A stretch of DNA of 64,000 nucleotides, from NCBI GenBank assembly GCA_951406725.2, contig OX597823.1, positions 39,556,001-39,620,000 on the forward strand, read 5' to 3'. Shown here in pieces: positions 52,223 to 64,000 of this stretch (positions are counted from its first letter, which is position 1; each line of letters opens with the position of its first letter). The notes beneath the pieces were generated by a model. The model ran no database searches. It saw only the letters and a list, made by a program, of their open reading frames with translations, and was not told where the DNA came from. The DNA is from Octopus vulgaris (taxonomy: Eukaryota). The translations under genes were made by a program, and so were the position numbers.

Positions 52223-52624
52223 GATAAAACCGGTTATATTTTATCATAGTAAAGTGTTGTACAGAAAAACGACGTTCTTCCCTACACACATCATCATTGG
52301 CAACCAAGTCTCGCTCAAACTATACTCTGCCATATAGATATTCGAAGGACACATTGGGTAATATAGTTTTAGATATACCAAAGCTGCGATGGTCACTGCT
52401 TTGATCATTCATCAGCACAAAGAAGGCTGGCTTCGGTGAGTGTAAGTTCACCAACAAGAAAAAAACTACTGGTCGTGTTAAGCATAATGTCTGTTTTGGA
52501 CTTAACGCATCTTAACTGTCACATTTAAAGATGTTTCTATTACTAACGAGACTGCATCTGCTATATTACCTTCACTAAATACAGCCAGCACCCAGCTTGA
52601 CTGACTGACTGACTGACTACTACT

Positions 52625-52715
<91 letters not shown>

Positions 52716-52740
52716 TGATGATGATAATAATAATAATAAC

Positions 52741-52775
<35 letters not shown>

Positions 52776-53555
52776 CAACAACAATAATCATAAATAATAA
52801 TCATAATCATAAATAATATTAATAATAATAGTATTAACTGTAATGATATTAGTAATAGATATAGTAATAATAATATTGGTAATGATGATGGCAGTGGTGG
52901 TGGTGGTGGTGGTGGTGGTGATGGTGCTGCTGCTGCCGCTGCTGATGTCGATGATCAGATAACAAAAATAACAACAACAACAATAACAAATAACAAGCAA
53001 AACTGGTATACGAAAAATGAAAATGCTGCTTAAATGCTTATGAAACCCTTTGACAGTTTATTCTATAGACTTAACGGCGTTGACATTCCGTCACCAGAGG
53101 TATCATGTTTCTTCTGAACAGCCGTCTGTGTATCTTTTGCGAGCAATCTTTATCCAGCATGCGATCTTGTTTTTATTATAAATAACACGAGCTAACGAGA
53201 AGAAGGATGAACTGCTTGTGGTCGTTTGGCTTGCGAGAAATAGTTGTTAAGTGTGCTCTCAAATCACATCCCAGCCATCTTAGAAACAGAAAAATGTAAG
53301 CACGTATTAGTAGATAATGTAAAGCAAGATATTCCATAACAAGATGGAATGGTCCAGAGAGGAATGTCTTTTTGGCCATATGGCTATTCAAGGAAGACTG
53401 GAGTGGGGATAAGCAACAAAAATATATAAGCATTATTCGCAACATATTTGGTGCTGCGTGTGTATGTAGAAGAAATAGAACAAGAGTAAGAGAGAGTGGT
53501 TGAAGCAAACATGTTCATGTAGTCGACAAGTATATATATATATATATATATATTT

Positions 53556-53714
53556 ATTTATTTTATAGAAGGAGCTTCTACAGGACTAGAACTGTTTCAT
53601 TCAAATGAAACAGTTCTAGTCCTGTAGAAGCTCCTTCTATAAAATAAATTAATTTACTCTGCAATGTATTGAGTACCTTATTTACTGTGGTTAACCCCGA
53701 CTCAACCCGGGACC

Positions 53715-53717
<3 letters not shown>
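53556..53717 (+). mobile_element. Short (TA)n-flanked element starting with a perfect palindrome of 46-bp arms (53556-53601 / 53604-53649)
   Basis: atttattttatagaaggagcttctacaggactagaactgtttcatt-ca-aatgaaacagttctagtcctgtagaagctccttctataaaataaat. Confidence 0.85.
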
Positions 53718-53792
<75 letters not shown>

Positions 53793-53842
53793 TGTGTGCG
53801 TGTCTCTGTGTGTGTACATGTTTGTATGTATATATCCGAATT

Positions 53843-54550
53843 TTATAAATTGGCAATGAAATGCAGGCGGCTGACCGGATGGATTCTTAGAACTTTTAGA
53901 ACAAGAGACCAGGAAACCATGATGGTCCTCTGGAGGACACTTGTCCTAAGCCACTTTGGCTATTGCTCTCAGCTATGGTCACCAACCTGAGTCAAATTAA
54001 TCTCAGAACTTGAGGCAATCAAACGAAGCTACGCGAAGAAGATAGCCTCTGCGCATCATATAAGCTATTGGGAAAGACTCAAAAGAGTAAGACTCTATTC
54101 CTTAGAGCGTAGGCGAGAAAGATATGCCATAATATACATCTGGAAGATTTATATAACTTTAGCATCGAGAGTTACACAAATACTAGAACTGGGCGCCACT
54201 GCATAGTGCCAAGGACTCCAAATTTGCTATCAAGATGTAGGACAAGATACTGCAATGGCCTGGGCTTCAGAGGACCATAGCTATTCAATATCCTCCCGAA
54301 GGACCTGGGAGACCAGCATGGGGTGGATGTAGGTGTCTTCAAAATAAAGCTGGACTTCTTCTTGTTAGGTGTCCAGATAAACCAATTTCGCAGCAGGAGA
54401 TGCAGATGAGGGCAGCTGCATCAAACTCTCCCATGCACCAAATGTCAATTGCTAAAAAGCATTCGTGAAGTAAAATTATGTAGCAACAACAAATGGCGGT
54501 GCTCCAGCATGGCCACAGCTCGTGAGCTAAAACTAGATAAATAAATAAAA
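53843..54550 (+). mobile_element. CR1-group LINE 3' end (RT C-terminus plus 3' UTR), 5' truncated
   Basis: RLTGWILRTFRTRD..LWRTLVLSHFGYCSQLWSP, SYWERLKRVRLYSLERRRERY, LFNILP..FKIKLD, with in-frame stops. The tail ends in (ATAA)n. Confidence 0.9.
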
Positions 54551-54728
54551 AAATAAATTTATTGCTTTGTTTTCCATATATGTATGTATGTTTTCCACAT
54601 ATATATATATATGCTTTCCACACACACATATATATATACATATACATATATGTGTGTGTATGTATATATATATATGTATACGTATATATATATATACGTA
54701 TAAATTATAAATATATGTATATATACAC

Positions 54729-54786
<58 letters not shown>

Positions 54787-54975
54787 GTATTTGAAAACCC
54801 CACTGGTATGGGAGAAAGTGCTAATATATGATCTAAGTTATATGATGTATAAAAACATGTAATATACAAATAGATATCTGTAAATATAAAACCAGCCGAA
54901 TTTCTGAGTACCTTATTTCCTCTAATATAAAATACCTGTATATCATCTCCAAACCTTCCAATATATATACGTATA

Positions 54976-55045
<70 letters not shown>

Positions 55046-55048
<3 letters not shown>

Positions 55049-55298
55049 CGGAGATGTACTTGCATAACAAGTGTTTTGATCTGAGATCGTATGCTGAAAC
55101 GAAAATAATTGCAGCGTGGCAGGTGTTTGTAAGCCATTTAAGAAACACACAAAAGCCGTTCGATTCACTTCAACATTTAAGTTTAATTTGTCAAAATATT
55201 TTCGTCGCTTTAAGACCGCGACCTGTTCACTGACAAAAATCCGTGCAGCATCTGTGTGTTTCTTAAATGGCTTACAAACACCTTCCACGCTGCAATTG
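55046..55298 (-). mobile_element. Short (TA)n-flanked ribozyme element with a 45-bp inverted duplication (55107-55151 / 55253-55297)
   Basis: aattgcagcgtggcaggtgtttgtaagccatttaagaaacacaca and its reverse complement, with one mismatch. Confidence 0.75.
55187..55237 (-). ncRNA. Type I hammerhead ribozyme motif, G3-C8 variant
   Basis: Minus strand: tttgtca GTGAACA g gtcgc-ggtcttaaa-gcgac GAA AATATT T tgacaaa. 7-bp stem I, 5-bp stem II, palindromic stem III. Confidence 0.75.
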
Positions 55299-55299
55299 T

Positions 55300-55375
<76 letters not shown>

Positions 55376-55394
55376 GTATATCTATATCTATTTA

Positions 55395-55467
<73 letters not shown>

Positions 55468-56541
55468 ATCACTTAGACAAAATAAGGAATTATGCTATTA
55501 CATGACTTTATTCGCCGTTACATGCTTTCAAATGACCCGAGGTCCTATTTTTTCGCTGTACAATACCTTGTATGCATAATCAATTAATTAACCCTTCTCT
55601 TTAGACCTTAAAGTTCTTGTTGTTGATTTGCACATTCTCCTACAAACAAGCCTATGGAAATGAGGTTTTAGATAAGGGACATATTAAATTACCTTCTTTG
55701 ATTTATTATATACCTTCCAAATTTGTAGGTCAAGATGCCATCAAGTGTAAGAGCGTGTTAACCTCTGAGAACACTGCAGCGGGAAATTACTTCTATCTAA
55801 AACGTTTGCTGGCCAATCTGTGGAAGTGTTGTATTTTAAAGAAACTGAAAGAGAGGACTGGGTAGGCCCACAAGGTGTATAATAAGTATATGTAACATTT
55901 CTAAGTTAATTATCCGTTTCTCTTGTCTATTGAAGAAATATTAGCTTTACTATAGTTTAAGTAACATCGAATAAAATTAAATAAAATTAAACTGAATTAA
56001 GTTAGGCGCCATAGATAAGGATAAGATTAAAGATAAAACATTAATTAGAAAAAGAGTATTTGGTTTATTACAAAATAGATAATTTCGTGGGGGAAGAGGG
56101 AGAATCCATGATGTGATAACGTAGGCATTAAACACTCTTATTTGTGCCTAGGTAAGTTAATTATATGGGATTTTTTGTGTGGAGATTTAAAGATTTTTTT
56201 GAATAAACGAGAACAGCTAATAATATCTCATTATGTTTGTTAAGTTGCATTACAATTGAGTATTTCCAACGCATCCACCGAGCACATATTACAGCTTCGC
56301 CGCTCCCTGTGTAAGGAATAACACTACATGTAATCGTCCACGAAATAGAGCTGTTTATATTGCGCCTTATGAAATTTCAGATGAACTTAACTAACGAAGT
56401 GGTGTTTTCATTTCTCTTGTATTTAAAACAATGAATATAACCTGTATGTAACCTGGCGTCGAAATTGGAAGCAGTAAGGCCTATGTAATAATGAACACTT
56501 CCAGTTCTACATACATAACAAAAATATACATGCATACATAA

Positions 56542-56575
<34 letters not shown>

Positions 56576-56610
56576 CATATATATTTTGTATATGTATATG
56601 TGTATATATG

Positions 56611-56665
<55 letters not shown>

Positions 56666-56748
56666 ACACACATAAAGAAGCAGTCTTCTCTGTCTCCTAT
56701 GCGTTTGTCTATGTATAGGTGGCATGTATAGGTGTCTATGTATAGGTG

Positions 56749-56786
<38 letters not shown>

Positions 56787-56810
56787 AATATATATATATA
56801 TATATATATA

Positions 56811-58129
56811 CGAGGAGAAGTAAAAATTATCCACATTTTTACCATAACATCCGCACTTTCACCAAACCTTTATTATTGTCCCATTGCCTTCTGTGCATGC
56901 GTTCTTATAGTTGGTATTATTGTGGTCACGTGATCGAAGTTTGAGCCCGATCGTGCTTTTTTTTCTTTCTGGTTTTTATAAGCATGGCCGCTCCACTAGC
57001 AATATGCACCAAAGAAGAACAAAGAGCAGTGATCAGATTTCTCTTGTCGGTAGGTGTGTCAGGTGCTGAAATTAATCGGAGGCTTTTAGAACAATACGGG
57101 CACAATGCACTACCGCGTAGAAGTGTGTATGAGTAGATCGAGAAGTTTAAAAGTGGCCGGACAAGCCTGACACATGGAGAGGGAGCAAGACACACGTCAA
57201 TTTCCAGCACTGGCCAGAAGATTCAGCAAGCTCGAGAGATGGTAATGGTAAACCGGCGAGTTATCATCGTAGAGGTAGCTCATTCTCTGCAGATTTGTCA
57301 TGGTTCTGCCTATCAAATCATCCACATTGAGCTCGTCTTCCATAAAGTCTGTGCAAGATGGGTGCCAAGAGAGCTTACTGTAGAGCACACACGCAAACGT
57401 CATAAGATCTGCCCACGTTTACTCGATCGCTGCAACAATGAGGGCGAGAAATTTTTGAGCAGAATAGTCACACATGCTACGTGGGTTCATCATTATGAGG
57501 CAAAATCCAAAAGACAGAGTATGGAGTGGAAACATTCTGGCTCACCAGCGCCGAACAAATTTAAGACTCATTCCTCCTCGGGAAAGGTGGTGCTAACCCT
57601 GTTTTGGGACTCAAAAGGACCTGTACTGGAAGACTACCTTGGAAAATGGGTGTACGATTAACAGTGCAAGATACAGTGCTTTGCTGGCCAACAAACTGAA
57701 TCTAGCAATTCGCACCAAACGCCGAAACCTATTGTCGAAGAAAGTTTTGTTGTTGCATAACAATGCACGCCCACAGACGGCCGCCCAAACCGTTGAAACC
57801 ATAAACCAATTGGGTTTTAAGATGCTGGAAGACCCTGTTTACAGCCCAGATCTCGACCCTTCCGACTATCATATCTTTGGATCCATCAAAGATGGTTTAC
57901 GAGATCGTCGATTTCCTACGGATGAAGATGTGAAGGAAACGGTGCATAAATGGTTGCACGCCCAACAGAAAACTTTCTTCTTGGAGGGAATACTCAAGCT
58001 TGTGGACCGCTGGACCAAGTACATCGAAAAGGAATGAGAGATATAGAAAGATGATGTACTTGTTTATCCTCCGCTTTTTGTAAATACATTGAAAAAGCAA
58101 GCGTGCGTATAATTTTTGACTCTCCCTCG
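56811..58129 (+). mobile_element. Full-length (1319 bp) mariner, irritans-like; transposase pseudogene at 56984-58037
   Basis: TA-flanked TIRs cgaggagaagtaaaaattat / ataatttttgactctccctcg; EEQRAVIRFL, ARWVPREL, KVVLTLFWD, LLHNNARP, YSPDLDPSDYHIF. It has a stop, frameshifts and two lost catalytic Asp residues. Confidence 0.95.
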
Positions 58130-58324
58130 TATATGTGACCATATTGTAAGAACATAATAATCATTGTTTATTATCTTGAATTCTTTCTTATAGAAGATTA
58201 CTAGGTTTCCTTTATTTATATCTATCAAATCTATTTATCTGTCTATCCATCTATTTATCTATCTATCTGCCGATCAATTTATTTTTCTCTTTAATTTTTT
58301 ATTCATCCATCCAGCCGTCCGTCT

Positions 58325-58505
<181 letters not shown>

Positions 58506-58539
58506 TACACCTATATATACAAATATATGTGTGTATCAG

Positions 58540-59065
58540 GTGTAGGAATGATAGTAGATTGATCAGCAATTTGGTGGAACTTAAACCTTTTGGTATTGTA
58601 AGTTAATCAATGAGGCGTCGGTTCAGACAATAGATCCATATGGGCACAGATTTTGTGAGATTAGGGTTCAGAGACTGGAAGTGGGGTGAACGGAATGTCC
58701 ATTGCCACGGACTAGACCAGGCCATAGTGGAAAACATGAGTGTGTGTCAGGACATGATGTAGATTTATTTAACATATGAATAGGGGTGGTGGATTCTGAG
58801 AAGAAGGAATTCTGGAAGTCGGGTCGAATGCCATATAGAATGGCGTGACAATTGAAGAAAAGGTTGAAGGAAGTGTATGAAACTGGAACATAGTGGTTTG
58901 GTGAAGATGAGGGTGGAAATGTGTAACACTAAAACGGTAGCACGCTGGCAAGAAGAAGGAAGTGGAGATATTTTGAGTTGGTGGTGGAAATCCTGTGTAA
59001 ATGGTGTAAATGGTTTTAGATTAGCCATATTAAGGAGTGAATTACACACCCATGGAATACATTGT
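58540..59065 (-). mobile_element. Possible decayed 5' part of a PLE ORF
   Basis: Strand-biased, microsatellite-flanked segment with only a faint resemblance ([11 protein letters not shown]) to PLE N-termini. Confidence 0.25.
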
Positions 59066-59224
59066 ATATGAATATACGTATACGTATAAAAACATACATA
59101 GATGTGTGTGTGCGCGCACACACACACATATACACACACACATACATATATATATATATATGAATACATATATACATACACACACAGACATACATATATA
59201 CATATATATACATATATACATATG

Positions 59225-59276
<52 letters not shown>

Positions 59277-59362
59277 TACATATGTTTATATATATATATA
59301 TATATATATACATATATATATACACATATATATATATATGTATATATACATATATACATATG

Positions 59363-59404
<42 letters not shown>

Positions 59405-59942
59405 GTAAATATATATATGTATATACATGTGTGTCTGTGTAAGTATGTGTGTGTGTACAGGAGTGGTAGATACCTAGGTTGTAAGTACTTTTTGGTAGTG
59501 CAATATGCCTTTTGCTTAATGTCTTTATGCATCAATAATGATTAAAATATTGTTTACACACACACACACGTGTGTGTGTGCCTGCTCATGACCGTATATG
59601 AGGCTGAGTGTGTGATTTAGTATAATGTTTGTGTGTGTCTATGCGTATATTATGGTATCAATGACTCTAAAGACACAGTACAGTGACGCTGCTAATTGTT
59701 AATGGACAAACTGTGTAACGTAATATTTATTAACTAATTCTTTTAGGAAGAAATTATATTTTGCCCAGTAAGTAGTAAAATGTAAATTTCACGGTTTACT
59801 CATTAGCGTGTGTACGTATATTCTTTTATTGGTGAATGTACCCTCGCACGCACGTATGTAATAATTTTTTCATTGATGTGTATAGATATTCTGTCATTGC
59901 TGTACTTTCAATGAGATGTGTACACTTCTTTCAGTGATATTC

Positions 59943-60032
<90 letters not shown>

Positions 60033-60048
60033 TTATTTATATATATAA

Positions 60049-60080
<32 letters not shown>

Positions 60081-60130
60081 ATGTGTGTGTGGGTGTGTAT
60101 GTATGTGTATGATGTATGTATGCATGTATG

Positions 60131-60186
<56 letters not shown>

Positions 60187-60738
60187 ACATGGGAAAATGC
60201 GAGCTAGAGAAATTATATTCTTAAGATTATAAATCTGGAAAAAATCAGGACAAGTTATTACATTTGGTAAAGTACAGAACAAGAAAATTCTTACTTTAAA
60301 TATTGCAGGTAAGAATAAAATTTCTAATAAAATATTTAGATTTAGAAAATATTACCCTTTATTAAAACTAAAAACTTTTTTACAAGTTATTCTATTTGTT
60401 ATTATTTGTTACCTCTATTAAGAATAAAAAATAACTCAATAAAAATATTCTTGCACTTTTAAAAAATTCATTTTTTTAATTATCGATTAATTATTAGAAA
60501 TTTGAAAGTAGGTTATAAAAAATAATAATAGTATATAATTAGTACAATAAATAGAATAATACAAAAATTAGTTACATATTACAGTAAAATCTACCTATAA
60601 CAACAAATTCACAGTAAGATTTGCGTGAGTTATTGCCTAAGATATTACCAGGTCTTCACATTTTTAGTCTTGACCCAATGCCTAATTTTCACATCTATTT
60701 TTTACGTCTCGATTCTATAATCTAGGTGGCATTATTAT

Positions 60739-60880
60739 GCGAGCTGGTAGAAACGTTAGCACGCCTGAGTTCAAATTCCGCCGAGGTCGACTTTGCCTTT
60801 CATCCTTTCGGGGTCGATTAAATAAGTACTAGTTACGCACTGGGGTCGATATAATCGACTTAATCCGTGTGTCTGTCCTT
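60739..60880 (+). mobile_element. SINE family B, internally deleted
   Basis: gcgagctggtagaaacgttagcacgcc|tgagttcaaattccgccgaggtcgactttgcc. Confidence 0.85.
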
Positions 60881-61951
60881 TAGTAACTGAAGCTCCAACC
60901 ATCTATACTCCAGCAACTTGTTCTCTTTGGATATCGGATAGGTCACACATTTTAATTATTTAAGTATATTTGCAAAACGTAAAAAGTGAGCTAAACGATG
61001 AAGTACAAAGTACACGTATGAATGCATAAATACAGACTAGAACAGTTTTGGACTTATCATATTGCCAATAGAAAAAAAAAACATTAGTTAAATAAAAAGC
61101 TGTCGTTTCATTATTTTGTTGAAACCGTATATATTCATATAAATATATGTATGTATGTGTGTACGTACGTATGAAGGTATGTATATATGTGTGTATGTAT
61201 GTATGTATGTATGTATGTAGGTAGGTAGGTAGGTAGGTAGGTAGGTAGGTAGGTAGGTAGGTAGGTAGGATTGGGTTTTAGGTAGGTAGGTAGGAATGTA
61301 GGAAAGTAGGTAGGTCGGTAGGTTGGTAGGTATACATACATATGTGTGTGTGTTTGAATATATGTAAGTATATACATATATAGGTACGAAGTTGTCTATG
61401 GATGGATGGATATATATAAATGTAATTTGAAGGCACAACCATGTAACGTGGTGTCACACAAGTTCTGCCTCTGATTATTTTAAAAGTACAAGTGTCTAGA
61501 CTTATATTTGTAATTTATAATTGCAGAGATGTCAAGTTTAGTGTGTTAACTATTATATAAATATATATATATATATATATACATACACACCTATTTGTTT
61601 GAAAGTATAATGTGTATATCTTTGTATGTATGTGTGTATGCATATGTTTGTGTGTGTATGTGTGTGTGTGTATGTGTGCAAATATTTTGCATACATACAT
61701 TTATATATAGGTTTGTATATACGTATGTTGAGCATTTAAACCTATTGGAATTCGAACCTAAATACAATTTAGTTGACAATAAAGACAAAATAGATATCAC
61801 CAAAATCCACAAAATGACGGATGGTTTAAAGTATTTTAAATATGGAACGATATCTGATGGCTTGATAAGCCTAGGCAATACTTTTGAACAGCTTATGATG
61901 GTAATGAGGTAGATAAATCATATGCATATTTAACTAATATTGCTTGGATAC

Positions 61952-62112
61952 AAGGCGACAAGCTGGCAGAATCGTTAGCGTGCTGGATAAAAATGCTTAG
62001 CAGCATTTCGCCCGTCTTTACATTCTGGTTTAAAATTCCACCAGGGATGACATTAATGTAACCCACTTATCTTCCACCCCTGAAATTGCTGGCCTTGTGT
62101 CAAAATTTGAAA
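61952..62112 (+). mobile_element. SINE family B, internally deleted
   Basis: aaggcgacaagctggcagaatcgttagc..gctggccttgtgtcaaaatttg. Confidence 0.75.
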
Positions 62113-62594
62113 TCAATATTACCTTGATGCCTCGTATGCTTGTCATGTACTCAGGAGATTTCATTTGCACCTAAGTGATAGAATTTGCTTTTCCAAAATT
62201 TAAAGCAACAAATTTTAAAGATATTAAATAGAGAAGATATACCACTCAAAGCGTAGTTTTAATTATCATATTTATAATTTAAAATTTCCCTTTTAATTTT
62301 TTGTTTCTTAGTAAGAAATAAGAAAACAAGCTGTTCTATTTTCTTTTCTTTTTTTTTCTTCGTATTGTCTGTCTAAAGTCTTGGACGTTGAGTGATGGAA
62401 TAGTTCCACATCGATTTCTCTCCAATTCCAATGATAATATAAACTCAATCAGCAAATAAACAAAACACAAGTCAGTTATACTATACTCCTCTTTACTGCG
62501 ACAAATTACATTTCTCTACTTATAGTCAATATTTTTTAGTGTCTGGTTATTAGAATTATGGACACCATCTAATTCCTATTCAAGTTTCAAGTTT

Positions 62595-63025
62595 TGGCTC
62601 AGGGCCAGCAGTTTCAGAGGAGACGGTTAGTTGATTACATTGGCCCTAGTATCTGACTGGTACTTTATTTTATTGACACCTAAAGGATGAAAGGCAAGCT
62701 TGACCTCGGTAGGATTTAAACTTAGAGTATAAAAAGACGGAAGAAATACTGCAAAGAATTTTGTCCGATGCTCTAGATATTCTGCCAGCTCGCCACCTTG
62801 ATAATTATAATAAGAATCCTTTCATATATGGGCACAGACCTCAAAATTTGGGGGAGAGAAACAGACAATTACATTGACCCCAGTGCTCAATTTGTACTTA
62901 TTTTATCGACCCCGATAGGGTGAAAACAAAATCAACCTCGGAGGGATTTGAAATTAGATCATAAAGACAGACAAAATATTGCTAAGTATATTGTCCCGCG
63001 TGGTAACAATTCTGTCAGCTCTCCG
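62595..63025 (-). mobile_element. Two tandem SINE family B copies (62595-62799, 62830-63025)
   Basis: Each copy has tggtact..ttatcgacccc..aacctcgg and a tctgccagctcgcc head. Confidence 0.8.
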
Positions 63026-63073
<48 letters not shown>

Positions 63074-63150
63074 TATCATCATTATCATCATTATTATCAT
63101 TATCATCATTATTATCATTATCATCATTATCATCATTATCATCATTATTA

Positions 63151-63224
<74 letters not shown>

Positions 63225-63714
63225 GAGTGAGAGACCAGTGCATGCTATCAAAGTGACACTGGGCTAAACTATACGAAGTCCATTATACCCATCATGACTA
63301 CCCGTCTGATAAGGGTACACTAGGCACATGCATCATAACCATATGTGCGCGACATGGTGATCTCATATCAAGATAAACAGCGCATAACCTTGCAGGTGGG
63401 ACCCTGTTAGAATTTTCTTCCGGTCCAATAACCCATCCCGCTCAAAATGTCCCTGAATAAGGATTGTTTAAGGATGTTGAACAAACCACCCATGTTTCCA
63501 AAGGTGAATTATCCAAACCTCTATGAATTCCTTTCAACACATGGTTATGATGCTCCCTCACTACTTCTGCTCGTGGTCAGAGATGCACATATCGTCAGCT
63601 ACTAAGGGACATGGTCAACTGGTTAAGGTCAAACAACTGACAAGCAAATCTGTGTTATCTGGGTTTCGTATATTTTAGCCCACTGTCACTTTGATAACAG
63701 GCACTCTCTCACTC
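63225..63714. mobile_element. Unclassified element with about 55-bp inverted ends between (ATT)n and (AAT)n arrays
   Basis: gagtgagagaccagtgcatgctatcaaagtgacactgggctaaa versus tttagcccactgtcactttgataacaggcactctctcactc. An internal part also occurs inverted at about 34605-34765. Confidence 0.75.
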
Positions 63715-63739
63715 AATAATGATGATGATGATGATGATC

Positions 63740-63834
<95 letters not shown>

Positions 63835-63846
63835 AAGAAGAAGAAG

Positions 63847-63900
<54 letters not shown>

Positions 63901-64000
63901 AGCAACAATAACAATCACAACAATATTATTATATTTATTGGCTGCAGACACGTTCAGATAGAGTTTCAACTTTCAGAAAGTTGCGTTTTATAAATTCTGC

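Noticed and set aside
54790-54965. (TA)n-flanked island with AAACATGTA as a possible ribozyme element
   Set aside because: No recognisable core is present.
60180-60620. Very AT-rich stretch as a possible mitochondrial insertion
   Set aside because: No mitochondrial gene, rRNA or tRNA sequence is recognisable.

Overview
This is eukaryotic, AT-rich DNA made almost entirely of repeats (intergenic or intronic). No host protein-coding exon could be supported. The SINE families and extreme microsatellite load look like an octopus (coleoid cephalopod) genome, which is my inference from recalled repeat sequences and not a search result. The window holds four tRNA-headed SINE families (labelled A-D here, about 45 copies), decayed Tc1/mariner transposons (mariner, maT), a pogo/POGK-like transposase relic, Tc2-, hAT- and Merlin-like MITEs, Penelope-like retroelement (PLE) relics, a CR1-type LINE 3' end, a probable DIRS relic and a tRNA-Asp-like pseudogene. 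The most interesting signal is a set of short non-coding elements, mostly inside (TA)n/(TACA)n microsatellites, from at least six unrelated sequence families. Each carries a type I hammerhead ribozyme fold with a short, (near-)palindromic stem III. Two of them show compensatory swaps of the catalytic C3-G8 pair (U3-A8 at 18462-18502, G3-C8 at 55187-55237). Several also carry an outward-facing inverted copy of their own 3' end, as PLE pseudo-LTRs do. The folds were read by eye and self-cleavage is untested. SINE and relic boundaries are approximate.
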